Source: the human T2T-CHM13v2.0 reference genome, Homo sapiens
Reading direction: 5' to 3' (one strand)
Assembly (NCBI RefSeq): GCF_009914755.1
Contig: NC_060931.1
Length of the DNA stretch: 64,000 nt
The notes below the pieces were generated by a model. It saw nothing but the letters and a program-made list of their open reading frames with translations. It had not been told where the DNA came from and made no database searches. Shown here piece by piece: positions 44,168 through 60,971 of this stretch (positions within the stretch are counted from its first letter, which is position 1; each line of letters begins with the position of its first letter). The translations under genes and the position numbers were made by a program.

Positions 44168-44687
44168 TACAGTGGCAGGCTCCTCTCATTAGCGCCTTTC
44201 AAGGCTGCAGTCCCACGCCTCTTCTGATCTCTGGCTGTTCCCGGGCTCTCACTTTCGGGGAACTGGTGCTGGCGCCCCACCGCCACGACTCACTCACGGA
44301 TTCACTCCTACACGTCACCAGCATCACCCTCCTGCCCAGGTGCCGCTCCCTTTTATGGAGTGTCTCTCCGGGTCCACCTCCCTCCAGCTGCTGCTTTGCT
44401 GTCCCTGGGGCGAGGGCTGTGAGAGCGAGGCCTGCAGAGCTCCCCGTAACCATAGCTCTCACCTTGCCTCAGGCCCGGGACACTGGCCAGGGAGCTCAAG
44501 GCCTCGTCCTGCCTCCTCTGGGATCGAGTAGGACTGCAAGAAGAACCTGTCCGGGACACCCGTTCTCCTCCCTTCCCTCACCGGCCTGACCGTCTTCTCT
44601 CTGCAGTTGCTGTTGTCCTGCTATTAGCACTCCCTGCCCCTCCTCTACTCGGATTCTTACTCCCTGATTCCCATACGGAAAATCGTG

Positions 44688-44896
44688 GGACTTGCCAGCC
44701 TCCATAATTTCATGAATCAACTCCTTAAAATTAATCTCCATATAGATAGATGATAGATAGATGATAGAGCTATCTTTCTCTGTCTACCGATACAGATCTA
44801 TCTATCTGTATCAATCAATCTATATCTATCTATCTACCCATATATCCACCCACATCCTATTGGTCCTGTTTCTCTGAAGAACCCTGACTACGATAC
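44688..44896 (+). mobile_element. MLT2 LTR 3' end with (GATA)/(TATC) microsatellite
   Basis: ggacttgccagcctccataatt...tcctattggtcctgtttctctgaagaaccctgacta. Confidence 0.8.
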
Positions 44897-44986
44897 CAGC
44901 TAAACCCCTGTTCAATAACAATGAAAAGATGAGAACCTTTCACTGATAAAAACTGAGAGAATTTGCCATCAGCAAACTCTCACTAA

Positions 44987-45387
<401 letters not shown>

Positions 45388-45552
45388 TGATAGGAAATAA
45401 GAGAATTAGAAAAGAAATTTAAGAATCTGGCTAATGTAACAAACATTAATTGAGCAGAAGACTAATAATACAATAATTATTTATTTTTAAATTGATAATC
45501 ATGCAGGTATTTGGGCATTAACAAAACAAGGTGAAGCCAAATACTTGCTTTA

Positions 45553-45863
<311 letters not shown>

Positions 45864-47374
45864 AATAATGAATGCACATTTTTCAAGCACAAATAGAACA
45901 TTTATAGAAATTGACCATATTACAAGTCTAATTTTAGCACATTATAAAGAATTAGTATAATACAAACCTCATTCTCTGACAAAATGTAGTAAAGGCAGAA
46001 ATTTGTAACAAATAACTTCTAAATAATCATGTATGCTTTGACAACAGTTGAAAGACTTCTGAATTAACCATGGGTCAAAGAAAAAATTGCAATGAAAAAT
46101 GAAAATACCTGGAAGCAAACAATAATAAATGTTATCATCAAAACCTGTGAAATGGCTCCAGAGAGGGACGTCCCCAGGATTGACTCCTAAAAGTGAAAAT
46201 GGAGCTCAGCAGAGTGGCTCACAACAGTGATTCTCAACAGTAACTCCATCTCCAGTGCTTCCGATAGGCTCTCTGCCTCTCCTTCCCCACCGAGGTACAT
46301 GCTGGGTTACAGCAGTCAATCTCCTCCTTACTGGAGTGCTAATAATTGGCTTCAGAAAGGCGTCCAGAAACCCTGGACTGGCAGAACCTCAATGCGGTTG
46401 AAGGTATGGAGCCTGGGCCTCAGATGTGCATCACCAGACCCCTGAACTTGTAGATGCAACCTAATTTGACCAGGTTCTCAAGGTAGCCCTAATTAGACTC
46501 TCAAAGACTGATACATAATAAGCCAGAATGTTCTTCAGGTTACCTGGGAAACTAAGAGCCATCAGAAGGTTGCTTAGTGAGGCTGCAATCAGAGCAAATG
46601 GAATTGAAAGCTCTTGAGGGGATTTTCTCAGGTCATAGAAAATTATCATGAGTGATTCTTGTTCCGAAGTATTGTCCCCTCTCTAGAGGCCAAAATCTCA
46701 CATCCACGGAACTGAGACCCTCACTGACTCCTTGCTCATCCTTGGCAGGTCACTGAGTCCTGTCATTCAGTCCCCTGGACCTGGACACCCGTCGTCACTG
46801 CTAGTGTCTTGGCTCTGTGATCTACTATGTGTGTCCAAATCTCAGTCCACAAATTGAGGAGTAGAGGACTGTGACTTTACTCTTTTACAGAACAGCTTGA
46901 TTTCTATTTTGTGTCCTGTCCTGCTGGGCGACAGAAATTTAATGACTCACCTATAAATCCCCCCAATATTTCCCCCGTGTTGCCCCTAAATTCGGCAGTG
47001 GCTTTAGGAGTGCCACAGCACTGGAGGTGGGGTTAGGGGTTTGCTTCTTCACATCATCTTGACCACATGTGAGTGTGGGATATTCTGGTTTCCTGCTGCC
47101 TTGGGGTCCTTGCTGTTCCCCACTGTGCCTTCTCCTGCCAGCCTTGCCCATATGGCTCTGCCATGCGGGGACAGTGCTACTTCTGTGCCAATCTTTATTG
47201 CCTGAGTCCCCCAGCACCCAGACTGCTGAAATTAAAAGATGAGCACCGACAATTTGCATTCTATGGCGTCATTCCTTCCCTGTGGTGTGAAAGGCACAAG
47301 GCCTACCTGTCTGGATGAGAGAGCAGGTGGCGACAGCAGCCACAGGTGGCGACAGCAGCCACAGGGGACAGAAA

Positions 47375-47691
<317 letters not shown>

Positions 47692-48349
47692 TGAAACCTC
47701 GCTTCTTATCTCCCATTATGAAGACCCAGCTTCTCAAATGTTCTCTGTCTTCCCTCCACCTCCCTATGACTCTCCATCCTTCCCAGAACAGGTCTTATGG
47801 GGGCTTTCATATGACCGGCCGCTACATGCTTTCCATTAATTGCCTCCTTTTGTCTTCACAACGAGATAGGTATTGTTATTATCCCCAATTTACAAACAAA
47901 GAAACCAAAGCTTAGAGACATTCAGTAACCTAGACAGTCTAACATCAGAACCAAAGTTCATGATCATATTACAAGAATTCTTTCTAAAACAAGGTTACAA
48001 AGGGTCTTTGCCTACCTGGCATTGGGAGATAAAACATCTGCCACTTCCTTATTGTCTGATTTCCCTTCTTGGATATTTGGGAAATAACAGCTCACCACCC
48101 GTGACTTTAGGCTGTGAGGTTATGAAACAGTTAATTAGACTGCCGTTTCATTTATTTTATTTTGTGTATTTTTTTCTTGGATGTGGGCAAATCTCATTTT
48201 AATTGCAAAAGACTTCCTTTACATCACATTCAATAATGAACCAACAGGAGAACTGCTGACTTTGGAATGTATGAATATATAAAAATCCCTTGTAATACAG
48301 GTAGTCAAGATAATAAGTGCATGCAAGGAAAGCAATCCTCCTCATTTTT

Positions 48350-49029
48350 CTGAAAACTGTTTTACATTTTAAAAGGTGGCTAGGCATACTTGGAAGTTCA
48401 AAGCAGTAGGATGCACCGCGCAGGGAAACAAAGAGGAAAGCCCTTTTCCATGTTGTTAGGCAAATATATATCAAATATACCCCACTTCCACTTAATAAAG
48501 TCAGTTGGATGAGTTCTTTGAACCAGGCTAGGGCAGAATACTCAGTAAAACTGGGCGCTGGGTGGGGATGCGAATCCAGGAGAAGAGGAGCACCAGATCC
48601 CATCCGTTCCCCTCTCTAACACAGACGAGGCACGCTGCCCCTTGTCCCTGGACATAGGACGCACCAGCACAGTCCTCAGATAGTTACTGCACCCACTGCC
48701 TGGTGCTTTCCAACGGTCTTAATTTACGCCATGGAGAAAATCCTTTACCACCAAACACAAACTGTCATTGAACTTAAGTCATAAAGGATGTTATGGGGGA
48801 AATTCTTGTTTGAAGAAGAATTTCTTCGTCAGTTTGAAGAAGTCACTTTGGTTGTTCCTTCACATGAACACTTCTCTCTGGGTCACTTCTGCTGACCTCA
48901 GTCCCACCCAGTGCGACTGGAAACAACATGGAAAAGGGCTTTCCTCTTTCTTTCCCTGCACGGTGCATCCTACTGCTTTGAACTTCCAAGTACGCCTAGT
49001 CACCTTTTAAAATGTAAAACGGTTTTCAG
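48350..49029. repeat. 108-bp inverted repeat pair (48350-48457 / 48922-49029), 464-bp spacer
   Basis: ctgaaaactgttttac...ccatgttgtt and its reverse complement; 5 mismatches counted. Confidence 0.93.
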
Positions 49030-49856
49030 CTAGAAGCGATTCTAGCTTCACGCTCATGGGCTGATGTTATATTCAAGTGACTTTATCTTCAGGTTCCAGG
49101 AGTATCACCATCCCAGAACAAAAGTGGGAGGGTCCTTGGAGAAACTGGAGGTAAGCACTTTTCTGCTTTAAAAATCTCTGGGCAAGATGAACCAGGAAGC
49201 CCATCCCTGAGGCAGGAACCTACCTGCAGAGCAGCTAAGGTTTCTAAGGACGTTTGCCACCTAGCCTTGTGTTGCTAGTGACGCTAGTGAACCGGGAACC
49301 AAGGTGACTGGTTCTGAGTGTGCCTTCTTTTTTTTGTTTCTCCTTGTTTTTCAGCAAAGTTCCTATTGGAAATGTCAGCCTGTCTCCATGGTGCTAAGAA
49401 AAGTAAGGAAAGAAAGTTTTCTCCAGACACACCAATATGAACTCCATTAACATGAGATAGAAAACTAACTCAGAAACTTAAAATCAGAACCTTAAAATCA
49501 GATCCTCATTATGGAAAATTTCAAATATACACAAAAACAGTAGTCTCTTCCATCTAGATCCAGCAGTCCTGGTGGGTGTGACCTGATTTAATTAGATTTA
49601 TTTTAAAATTTAAAATGTATATTTTAGGCTGGGCACAGTGGCTCATGCCTGTTATCTAAGAACTTTGGGAGGCTGAGGTGGGAGGATTACTTGAAGCCGC
49701 CAGGAGTTTCAGACCAGCCCGGGCAACAAAACAAGACCCCAGTCTCTACAAAAAAATTTTTTTTTAAAAATTAGCTGGGTGTGGTGGCAGTAGCTGTGGT
49801 GCCAGATACTGGACAAGCTGAGGCAGAGGGTCCCTTGAGCCCAGGACTTTGAGGTG

Positions 49857-50176
49857 GCAGTGAGCCCTGATCGCGCTGTCACAGGATGCTTCGCAGTGAG
49901 CCCTGACCTCACTGTCATGGGATCCTTCGCAGTGAGCCCCGATCCTGCTGTCACAGGATCCTTTGCAGTCAACCCTGACCTCACTGTCACAGGATCCTTC
50001 GCAGTGAGCCCTGACCGCGCTGTCACTGGATCCTTTGTAGTGAGCCCTCATCACAGTCACAGGATCCTTCACAGTGAGCCCCGATTGTGCTGTCACTGGA
50101 TCCTTCGCAGTGAGCCCTGACCATGCTGTCACTGGATCCTTTGTAGTGAGCCCTCATCACAGTCACAGGATCCTTC
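49857..50176. repeat. 36-bp minisatellite, 9 units (two of 34 bp)
   Basis: Consensus gcagtgagccctgaycNYRctgtcacaggatccttc. Confidence 0.95.
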
Positions 50177-51366
50177 AGTGTTGACTTTGGTATCGCTTCG
50201 CCAGTGGGAAACTTCTGTGGCCAGTGGCATCTCTGCTTGAGTTTTGCTCGTGGCCGCTGAGCTCCTTCCACCTACTTGGTCTGGCAGGCTGTGCTTAGTT
50301 CACGCTACCAGCCCAGATCCCCCACCTGCCATGGGCAAGCCAAGTGCGGAGCAGAGAGGGGTGTGTGAGTGTGCAGGTGTGGGGTCTGGCCAGTGCACGT
50401 AGCCAGGCACACCAGCTGCTATGGTGGGGTGGGCAGCTCCGGGCACGGGCACAGGTGCCAGCTCTGTGTGAAGCTGCAGCTGGACCTTCCACCACAGGCA
50501 CCAGCAACTGGACGAGGGGAACGCATTGGTGCCCAAAAGCTTGGAGATGCCAGGAACCGCAGAGCCCCAAAGGGTGTTACAGCATGTCACGGTCTTGGCT
50601 TGGGGAGGCCCACAGCTCTTCTCTCCTTCTCATCACTTGCAGTGTGGCAAGTGGGGTTGGGGGTGTTTTGGGGTAGTATTTCAGCCAGTTTGTGTCACAG
50701 TTCTTTCAGTCCCACCGCCCCGCTCTGGCCTGAAGCTCCTAGGCTAGTCTGGCCCTGCCTCCTGTCACTGCTGACAGAGGGCGGGAGGGCTATAGTGTTA
50801 CAGCTCTGGCTTGGGGAATCCCAAGGTCTGGGCCTCAGAAAGGTTACCACTCTTAACTCCCACAGTCCAGACGCGTATCACTGCCCACAGCCTGGTGAGC
50901 CAGCCAGCGAAGTGTTACAGCTCCTTTTGCTTCCACTGTGTGGTGGGTCCCAAGTTCCTGTCCTGTGTCCAGGAAGAATGAGGCTACTCAGACAACTGGA
51001 GGGTGAGCAAGGCAGAGAAGAGCTTTATTGGGTGACTGAACAGCTCTCAGCAGAGAGGAGACCCAAAGTGGGTAGCTCCTATCCACAGGCAGGTAATCCC
51101 AGAGTGTATGAGTCTGGCTGAGTCCAGGGATTTTTATGGGCTCAGAATGGAGGAAGTTCATGCTAATTGGTCCATGGTGGGCCTGGAAGAAGCACCACTT
51201 GATTGGCTGAAAGGCATCAAGGAAGTTTTTTCACTCCGGGTAGCGGACTTCACTGGGACCTGGCAGCCTGGCCTCCAGGCTTCAGTCCATCCTTGGCTTG
51301 AAGGTGGGGTTTCATCTGGGACCCGTCCTTTCCTACCCAGAAACCTGTCTGCCTCCTGCCACCATC
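50161..51366 (-). mobile_element. MER52-family solo LTR (short form, MER52C-like)
   Basis: Termini gtcacaggatcctt... and ...ctgtctgcctcctgccaccatca; homologous to 3017-4070. Confidence 0.8.
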
Positions 51367-51855
51367 AACACCATTGCACTCCAGCCTGGGCAACAGAGCG
51401 GAGGCCTCATCTCTTAAAAAAAAAGAATAAATAAAATAAAAACAAATAAAAAATGTATATTTTAAAAATAAATACCGAATTCATAGAACTCACACAATAC
51501 AATATTCTAAAGGAACGAAAAAGTAGGCAGTGAAAATTCTCCCTCTTGTTTATCTACCAAGACTCCACTCACTGGGGGAAGCCCATGTCTTGTGTTTCTT
51601 ACATATTCTTCCATAGATAATTTGTACGTGTGAGGAGTTATTAGTGCATATTTTCTCCTACCTTTTCTGTAAACACAAATGATAGCACAGCATATACATC
51701 TTGGTTTTTTTCTACCTCATTTAATTTTATAGTCTCCAGATGCCTTTAGTGGTGTCATAGGGGTAAGTTTTCCAGCTGAAATTTGTAGTAACATTAATGG
51801 GAGGGGGAACGTTACCACAAAACCCGATAGCGGAAAGGGAAGGAAACTTGGGAAT

Positions 51856-51927
51856 AGAGGGCACCCATATTTGAACCAGGGACCACTTGATCTGCAGCCA
51901 AATGGTTTACTCCTCAGCTATACCCCC
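51856..51927 (-). pseudogene. Degenerate tRNA-Cys (GCA)
   Basis: Reverse complement GGGGGTATAGCTGAGGAGTAAACCATTTGGCTGCAGATCAAGTGGTCCCTGGTTCAAATATGGGTGCCCTCT; D and T stems broken. Confidence 0.88.
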
Positions 51928-52182
51928 TTGCCTGAGGGACATTCCTTCTTAGCACATTTCACCTGTGTAGCCACACCCAAGACACTACATTTACTATAAT
52001 ACCTAATGTTTTTGTGCAATTATTTTGTTCTAAATAAATTGTAAGAGCTTCATATATATAATTTAAAAAATTATTTGTGGTAGTACTATCACTACTACCA
52101 CCATCATCATTGATGACAATGACATATGGAATTGAAGCAAATTGCCCCAAATCAGTGTTAAGTGACAGAATCAAGAACTAAA

Positions 52183-52301
52183 GGCAGGGCGTGGAGAATC
52201 ATGCCTGTAATCCCAGCACTTTGGGAGGCTGAGGCAGATGGCTTGCTTGAGCCCAGGAATTTGAAACCAGCCTGGGCAACATGGTGAAAACCCATCTCTA
52301 C

Positions 52302-52356
<55 letters not shown>

Positions 52357-52497
52357 TATATATATATAAAATAGCTGGGCATGGTGGTGCACACCTGTAG
52401 TCCCAGCTACTCAGGAGGCTGAGGCAGGAGGACTGCTTGAGCCCAGAAAGTCAAGGCTGCAGTGAGCCAGCCTGGGTGACAGTGCAAGACCTTAAAA

Positions 52498-52544
<47 letters not shown>

Positions 52545-52545
52545 A
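52183..52545 (+). mobile_element. AluJ with (TA)n middle and (TAAA)n tail
   Basis: Alu segments plus microsatellites 52317-52367 and 52495-52545. Confidence 0.9.
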
Positions 52546-52781
52546 GCTAAACAGCCACTACATTATCCAGCCTCCACTAGGCTGCTCTTTATTTTGGGTT
52601 GGGTCTGCAGGGCTCTGCTGCCTCCCAGTGGACCCCTCTCCCTGCTCTGTTACAACCTCATCCCCCGCCTCCTCCCTGCCAGCCCTCCCTGCTTTTATAT
52701 AATGGGGTTGCCCAGAGAAGGCCATTTAACCCAAGTGCCCTGAGAGGGCCCAACATTGGCTTCTGGAAGTCAGAACATTTA

Positions 52782-54024
52782 TTTATTTATTTTTGCCAGT
52801 GGTAATTAATTTTATCGCAAGTTATATACATTTGCAATTTGCTAAAATTCTTGTTATTCTTACAAATTGCCAATAAATGTTCTCAATTTCATTGAAGAAA
52901 ACCAAATTAATAAATTAGAATTATTTCTGGTCAAAATACTTTCAGAAAGGAATCGCTTAGGAGGCTATACACCACAGAAACAGCGACATTTGTCAGAATT
53001 ATTTATTGTGATAAACTACTTACAGACCTCTTATGTAACAGAATATTTTTAATAAAAGTTTATATTTTAATAGCAGCTAAATGGAGACATAATAACCTTT
53101 TTAAAAATGAGCTATAATTTATACATCATATACTTCACCCTTTTAAAGTATATAATTCAGTGGTTTTGGGTATATTCACAGATTGTGTAACTATCACCAC
53201 TATCAAATTTCAGAACATTTTCATCACCCCGGAAAGATACCCCAAACCCATCAGCAGACATCACTCCAATCCCACCTCCCCCAGCCCCTGGCAATGAGAC
53301 ACGTTAGCCTTCGAGTAGAGCTGGCTATTTTGCAAAATCACAGGGGTGGGGGAAGCCTCAAGAAATCATCTAGTTCATTTCCTACCCTTAAGAGCCTCTG
53401 AAGGGAGATCCACCATCTTCTATGGAAGCTACTGTGTACTCTAAAAATTAATATAAGGGAAGCAGCCAAATGATATCTATATTATCCTAGGTAAAATGGT
53501 TTCTATATTCAGAAGAGCTTGCTTAACTTATTTTACAGCTATATTTTCAATTTGGGATCAAACCTTAATAGTGTTAGATATTAATACATCAGAAATTACT
53601 CTCAGATTCACCACATTATTTGATAATTTTTCTACTATTTGGTTGCTTTACTTTTAATGTGAGCATTAGGTTTCCTTTTTTTTTTTTTTTTTTCTTAAAT
53701 CCCTACAGACAGCATTAGGTTTTCTGTTGTGCCCCCTGAATCTTACTGTATACAAAAGTAAGTCGAGCCACTTTAAGGAAGTCAACAGGCCTTTGGCTGT
53801 TACTTTGTTGTCATAGATTTTATTGGAAAAAGACAGTGGCACCTAGATGTCTCACCAAGATGTATAATGCATGTTCAAAAGCAGACCCTAGCTTTTTTTT
53901 CCCCTCAAAAACAGATCTGAAGAGTCTCAGTCAGAGACACAGAATGATTCTGTAAATGTAAGCTACAAATTGTCTAGGGTAATAAAAGAAAAATCTTGCC
54001 CTGCCTCCAAATCTGGTAACTATT
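52782..54024 (-). other. Putative L1 3'-transduced segment with its own poly(A)
   Basis: Lies between the L1PB1 tail and the second copy of the 15-bp TSD aagtcagaacattta. Confidence 0.65.
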
Positions 54025-55078
54025 TTTTTTTAGAATTTTTTTATTTCTATAGGTTATTGGGGAACAGGTGGTGTTTGGCTACATAAGTAGGTTCTTTAGT
54101 GGTGATTTGTGAGATTTTGGTGCACCCATCACCCGAGCAGTATACACTGTACCCAATTAGTGAACTTTTATCCCTCAGCCCCTTCCCACCCTTTCCCCCG
54201 AGTCCCCAAAGTCCACTGTGTCATTCTTACGCCTTTGCATCCTCATAGCTTAGCTCCCACTTATGAATGAGAACATACGATGCTTGGTTTTCCATTCCTG
54301 AGTTACTTCCCTTAGAATAATAGTCTCCAGTCTTATCCAGGTTGCTGTGAATGCCATTAATTCATTATTTTTTATGGCTGAGTAGTATTCCATTGTATAT
54401 GTATACCACAGTTTCTTTATCCACTCATTGATTCATGGGCATTTAGTTTGTTTCCACATGTTTGGAATTGCCAATTTTGCTGCTATAAACATGCATCTGC
54501 AAGTATCTTTTTCGTATAATGACTTCTTTTCCTCCGGGCAGATACCCAGCGGTGGGATTGCTAGGTCAAATGATAGTTCTATTTTTTGTTATTTAAGGAA
54601 TCTCCACACTGTTTTCCGTAGTGGTTGTACTAGTTTACATTCCCTCCAGCAGTGTAGAAGTGTTCCCTTTTCACCGCATCTAACCAACATCTATTATTTT
54701 TGATTTTTTTGATTCTGGCCATTCTTGCAGGAGTAAGGTGGTATCACATTGTGGTTTTGATTTGCATTTCCCTGATCATTAGTGATGTTGAGCATTTTTT
54801 CATATGTTTGGTGCCCATTTGTATATCTTCTTTTGAGAATTGTCTATTCATGACCTTAGCCCAATTTCTGATGGGATTATTTATTTTTTTCTTGCTAATT
54901 TGTTTGAGTTCCTCATAGATTCTGGATATTAATAATCTTTGTATAGATTACAAAGATTTTCTCCCACTCTATGGGTTGTCTGTTTACTCTGCTAACTGTT
55001 TGTTTTGCCATGCAAAAGCTGTTTAGTTTAATTAAGTCCCGGCTATTTATCTTTGTTTTTATCGCATTTGCTTTTGGG
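54025..55078 (-). mobile_element. 5'-truncated L1PB1
   Basis: Diagnostic 3' end ataggttattggggaacaggtggtgtttgg...gattttggtgcacccatcacccgagcag. Confidence 0.88.
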
Positions 55079-55430
55079 AAAGTCAGAACATTTAAACTGA
55101 GGTTTTCTAAATGTGTGAATTAGTTAGCTTTTGTATGAGTAACGACTTCACGTGGCTCAGAGTTTAAAATGTACAAGATGGCATACAGAGAAAAATTAAG
55201 ACTCCATTCCATCCTTGTCACCTGGCCAGCATGTAACCTCTTTGCTGGTTTCTTGTACACTTTCAAAAGAGAAACATTTCTCTTAGAGCCCCAGAGTTAA
55301 TTTTATTTTAGTTTATTTCTTAGTTTATTTAGTTTAGTTCTTAGATCTGTATACACATATGTACACAAAACTACATACAAATGCCCTGTACTTAACAGTT
55401 TTATACGGCTATAAAAACAAAATAATTTTA

Positions 55431-55747
<317 letters not shown>

Positions 55748-56431
55748 TCATTACAAATGAAATCATAAATCAAATAACACTCAAATAATTAGTTTCATTC
55801 AGAGGAAACTAACTCGCTAGAACTAACAGGCTCTGTGTAATATGTTTGTGAGGCTGTCCCTCACAAGCCTGTGAAGACCCGCTGGGCCCCAGCACGTCTG
55901 GGAAACCGCCTCTGTGAGCACAACTCTCACTTCCCTCTCTTGTGGACTTAGTTGAGCTTCTGTTCTTTTGCCACCACAGGTATTAAAGCACCACATGGTG
56001 ACAAGTGAATCACAAACACACGCGTACAGGCACACCCAAGCACACAGTGCCTAGAAACAGCTTTTTGTTGTAAAGTGTCCACCCAAACAAGTCCTAGAAT
56101 GCCCATATTAAAAATGCTAAGATTGTGATTAAAATTTGAATAGAAAAATTCTTCGGAGAGTTCAGGGACTGCTGGAAAACACGGATCTAGCTGCCTCCTC
56201 CATGCCACCCACCTGGAAAGAGACTCAGAGGCCTGCCTGTGTCTGATTGGGCTGTTGACAATGGTCAGGGCTATGACTCCAAGCTGGGCGCAGTTGCTCA
56301 GGCCTGTAATCCCGGCACTTTGGGAGGTGGTGGCAGGGGGACTGCTTGAACCCAGGAGTTTGAGACCAGCCCAGGCAACAAAGCAAGACCCTGTATCTAC
56401 AAAACATACAAATCACCTGGGTATTTTTTTG

Positions 56432-59565
<3,134 letters not shown>

Positions 59566-59582
59566 AATCGCCTGTAGTTTCA

Positions 59583-59717
<135 letters not shown>

Positions 59718-59939
59718 CTATGACTCCAAGGTTTTGATTTCTGCTCCAGAATCTCAATCTCACACCTCAGGAGGAGCATGGACCACCCTACTTTGACTTT
59801 CTCCTCCTTCCAGTGCACCCTCCCCACCAGCCAATGGAGATAAACCTTTCTGAGGAAAACATTATCCTGGGGAATAATGAGTTGGTAAGCTGGTGATTAA
59901 TGAAGTTGAGAAACTACAAAGCCATTATTAAAAAGGTGA

Positions 59940-60310
59940 ACATCAGTCTGTTATTGAGGACAATCCCCTTTCAGGTCTGTAGTCCTGGCATCTAATTAAT
60001 GGAACCAAAGCTTTTGGAAGTTCACTTTATAAAAGATGAAACAGTTGCCATTATTGTGAATGCTGGTGTACTCCGTTTAAAAGTGCAATATTGAAGGTAG
60101 AACTCTTTGTGCAGCAACGATACAAGGGTGCGATTTGGGGAGCACAGCACTGTGATAAAAACAATGTTCTTGGCAAGGAAGTCTTTAGTAAATCCTAAGA
60201 AGATTCAGCAGGATGTCGTTGGAACCGGATGTGGTGTACACACAACTCACAAGTCCATCCAAACAGGCTGGGATAGTCTACCAATTCAGATAAAGTGTGA
60301 GGTGTTTTTT
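59940..60310 (+). mobile_element. Ancient hAT (Tip100-like) transposase remnant
   Basis: Frameshifted translation KLLEVHFIKDETVAIIVNA...FGGAQHCDKNNVL...VGTGCGVHTTHKSIQTGWDSLPI resembles the hAT CxxH region. Confidence 0.5.
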
Positions 60311-60967
60311 TAGGTGGTATATATGCAAATAAACTAAATTATTTTTTTGTAACAGCTGATTTAGTATAATAAAATATTTAGTTATGGTAGTATGTATGCA
60401 CTTTCTGCAAGTGTTTTTGAAAATAGCTGTTGAGCACTTTCTGCGAGTGTTTTTGAAAATAGCTATTGAATAGAATCGCTATTCAATATTTGGTCTACCA
60501 AAATACTAAAACAAATCATACTCAGAATTATACTCCTCTCCAAATCATCCTTACTTGAACAATATATGTGGCTGGGAACCTGACTGTGGCTCCAGGGGCG
60601 CAGGTGTGTGAGATGCGAGGTACTGCTGAAGCCCGGAAACCCGCGGGGCTTTTCTACACCTTTCCAGGAGCAGCCGCTGGAGATCCTGCCTCTCCAAGAG
60701 AACCTGGCTAACCCCCACACTTAGGTCAGAAGAAACGTGTGATGGGAAACCAGCCCTCTCTGGGAGTGTGAAGGTAAAGACGGTCCTATATTTCAGTTCC
60801 AGTGGGGCTGCAGGGTCTTTTGCTATCGGTGTGCTATGTATGCAGGTCTTGCTAGAGACTGAGAACCTCTAAAAGTCATTGCGCAGAGGGAACGCGGATT
60901 TACCCGGCATAGTCTTTGGAAATCAGTGTGCTGTGGAAGCAAGTCTTGCTAGAGCCAAGAAACCTCT

Positions 60968-60971
60968 AAAA
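60968..60971 (-). terminator. Pol III T4 terminator (duplicated at 60871-60874)
   Basis: TTTT about 10 nt past the 3' end of tRNA 60982-61053. Confidence 0.65.

Larger units (their letters stand above)
49627..51450 (+). mobile_element. AluJ split by MER52 LTR and minisatellite (49627-49876; tail 51367-51450)
   Basis: Alu breaks at gcagtgagccctgatcgcgc and resumes at acaccattgcactccagcctggg. Confidence 0.88.

Noticed and set aside
44742-44835. Inverted (GATA)n/(TATC)n hairpin
   Set aside because: Low-complexity microsatellite at the usual position in MLT2 LTRs.
49857-50176. CRISPR-like 36-bp periodic array
   Set aside because: Units are contiguous without unique spacers, derive from Alu plus LTR sequence, and the DNA is primate.
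50369-51121. 250-aa ORF, and the many ORFs at 3100-5200
   Set aside because: They lie in GC-rich MER52 LTRs, where stop-poor overlapping frames are expected; no recognisable domain.
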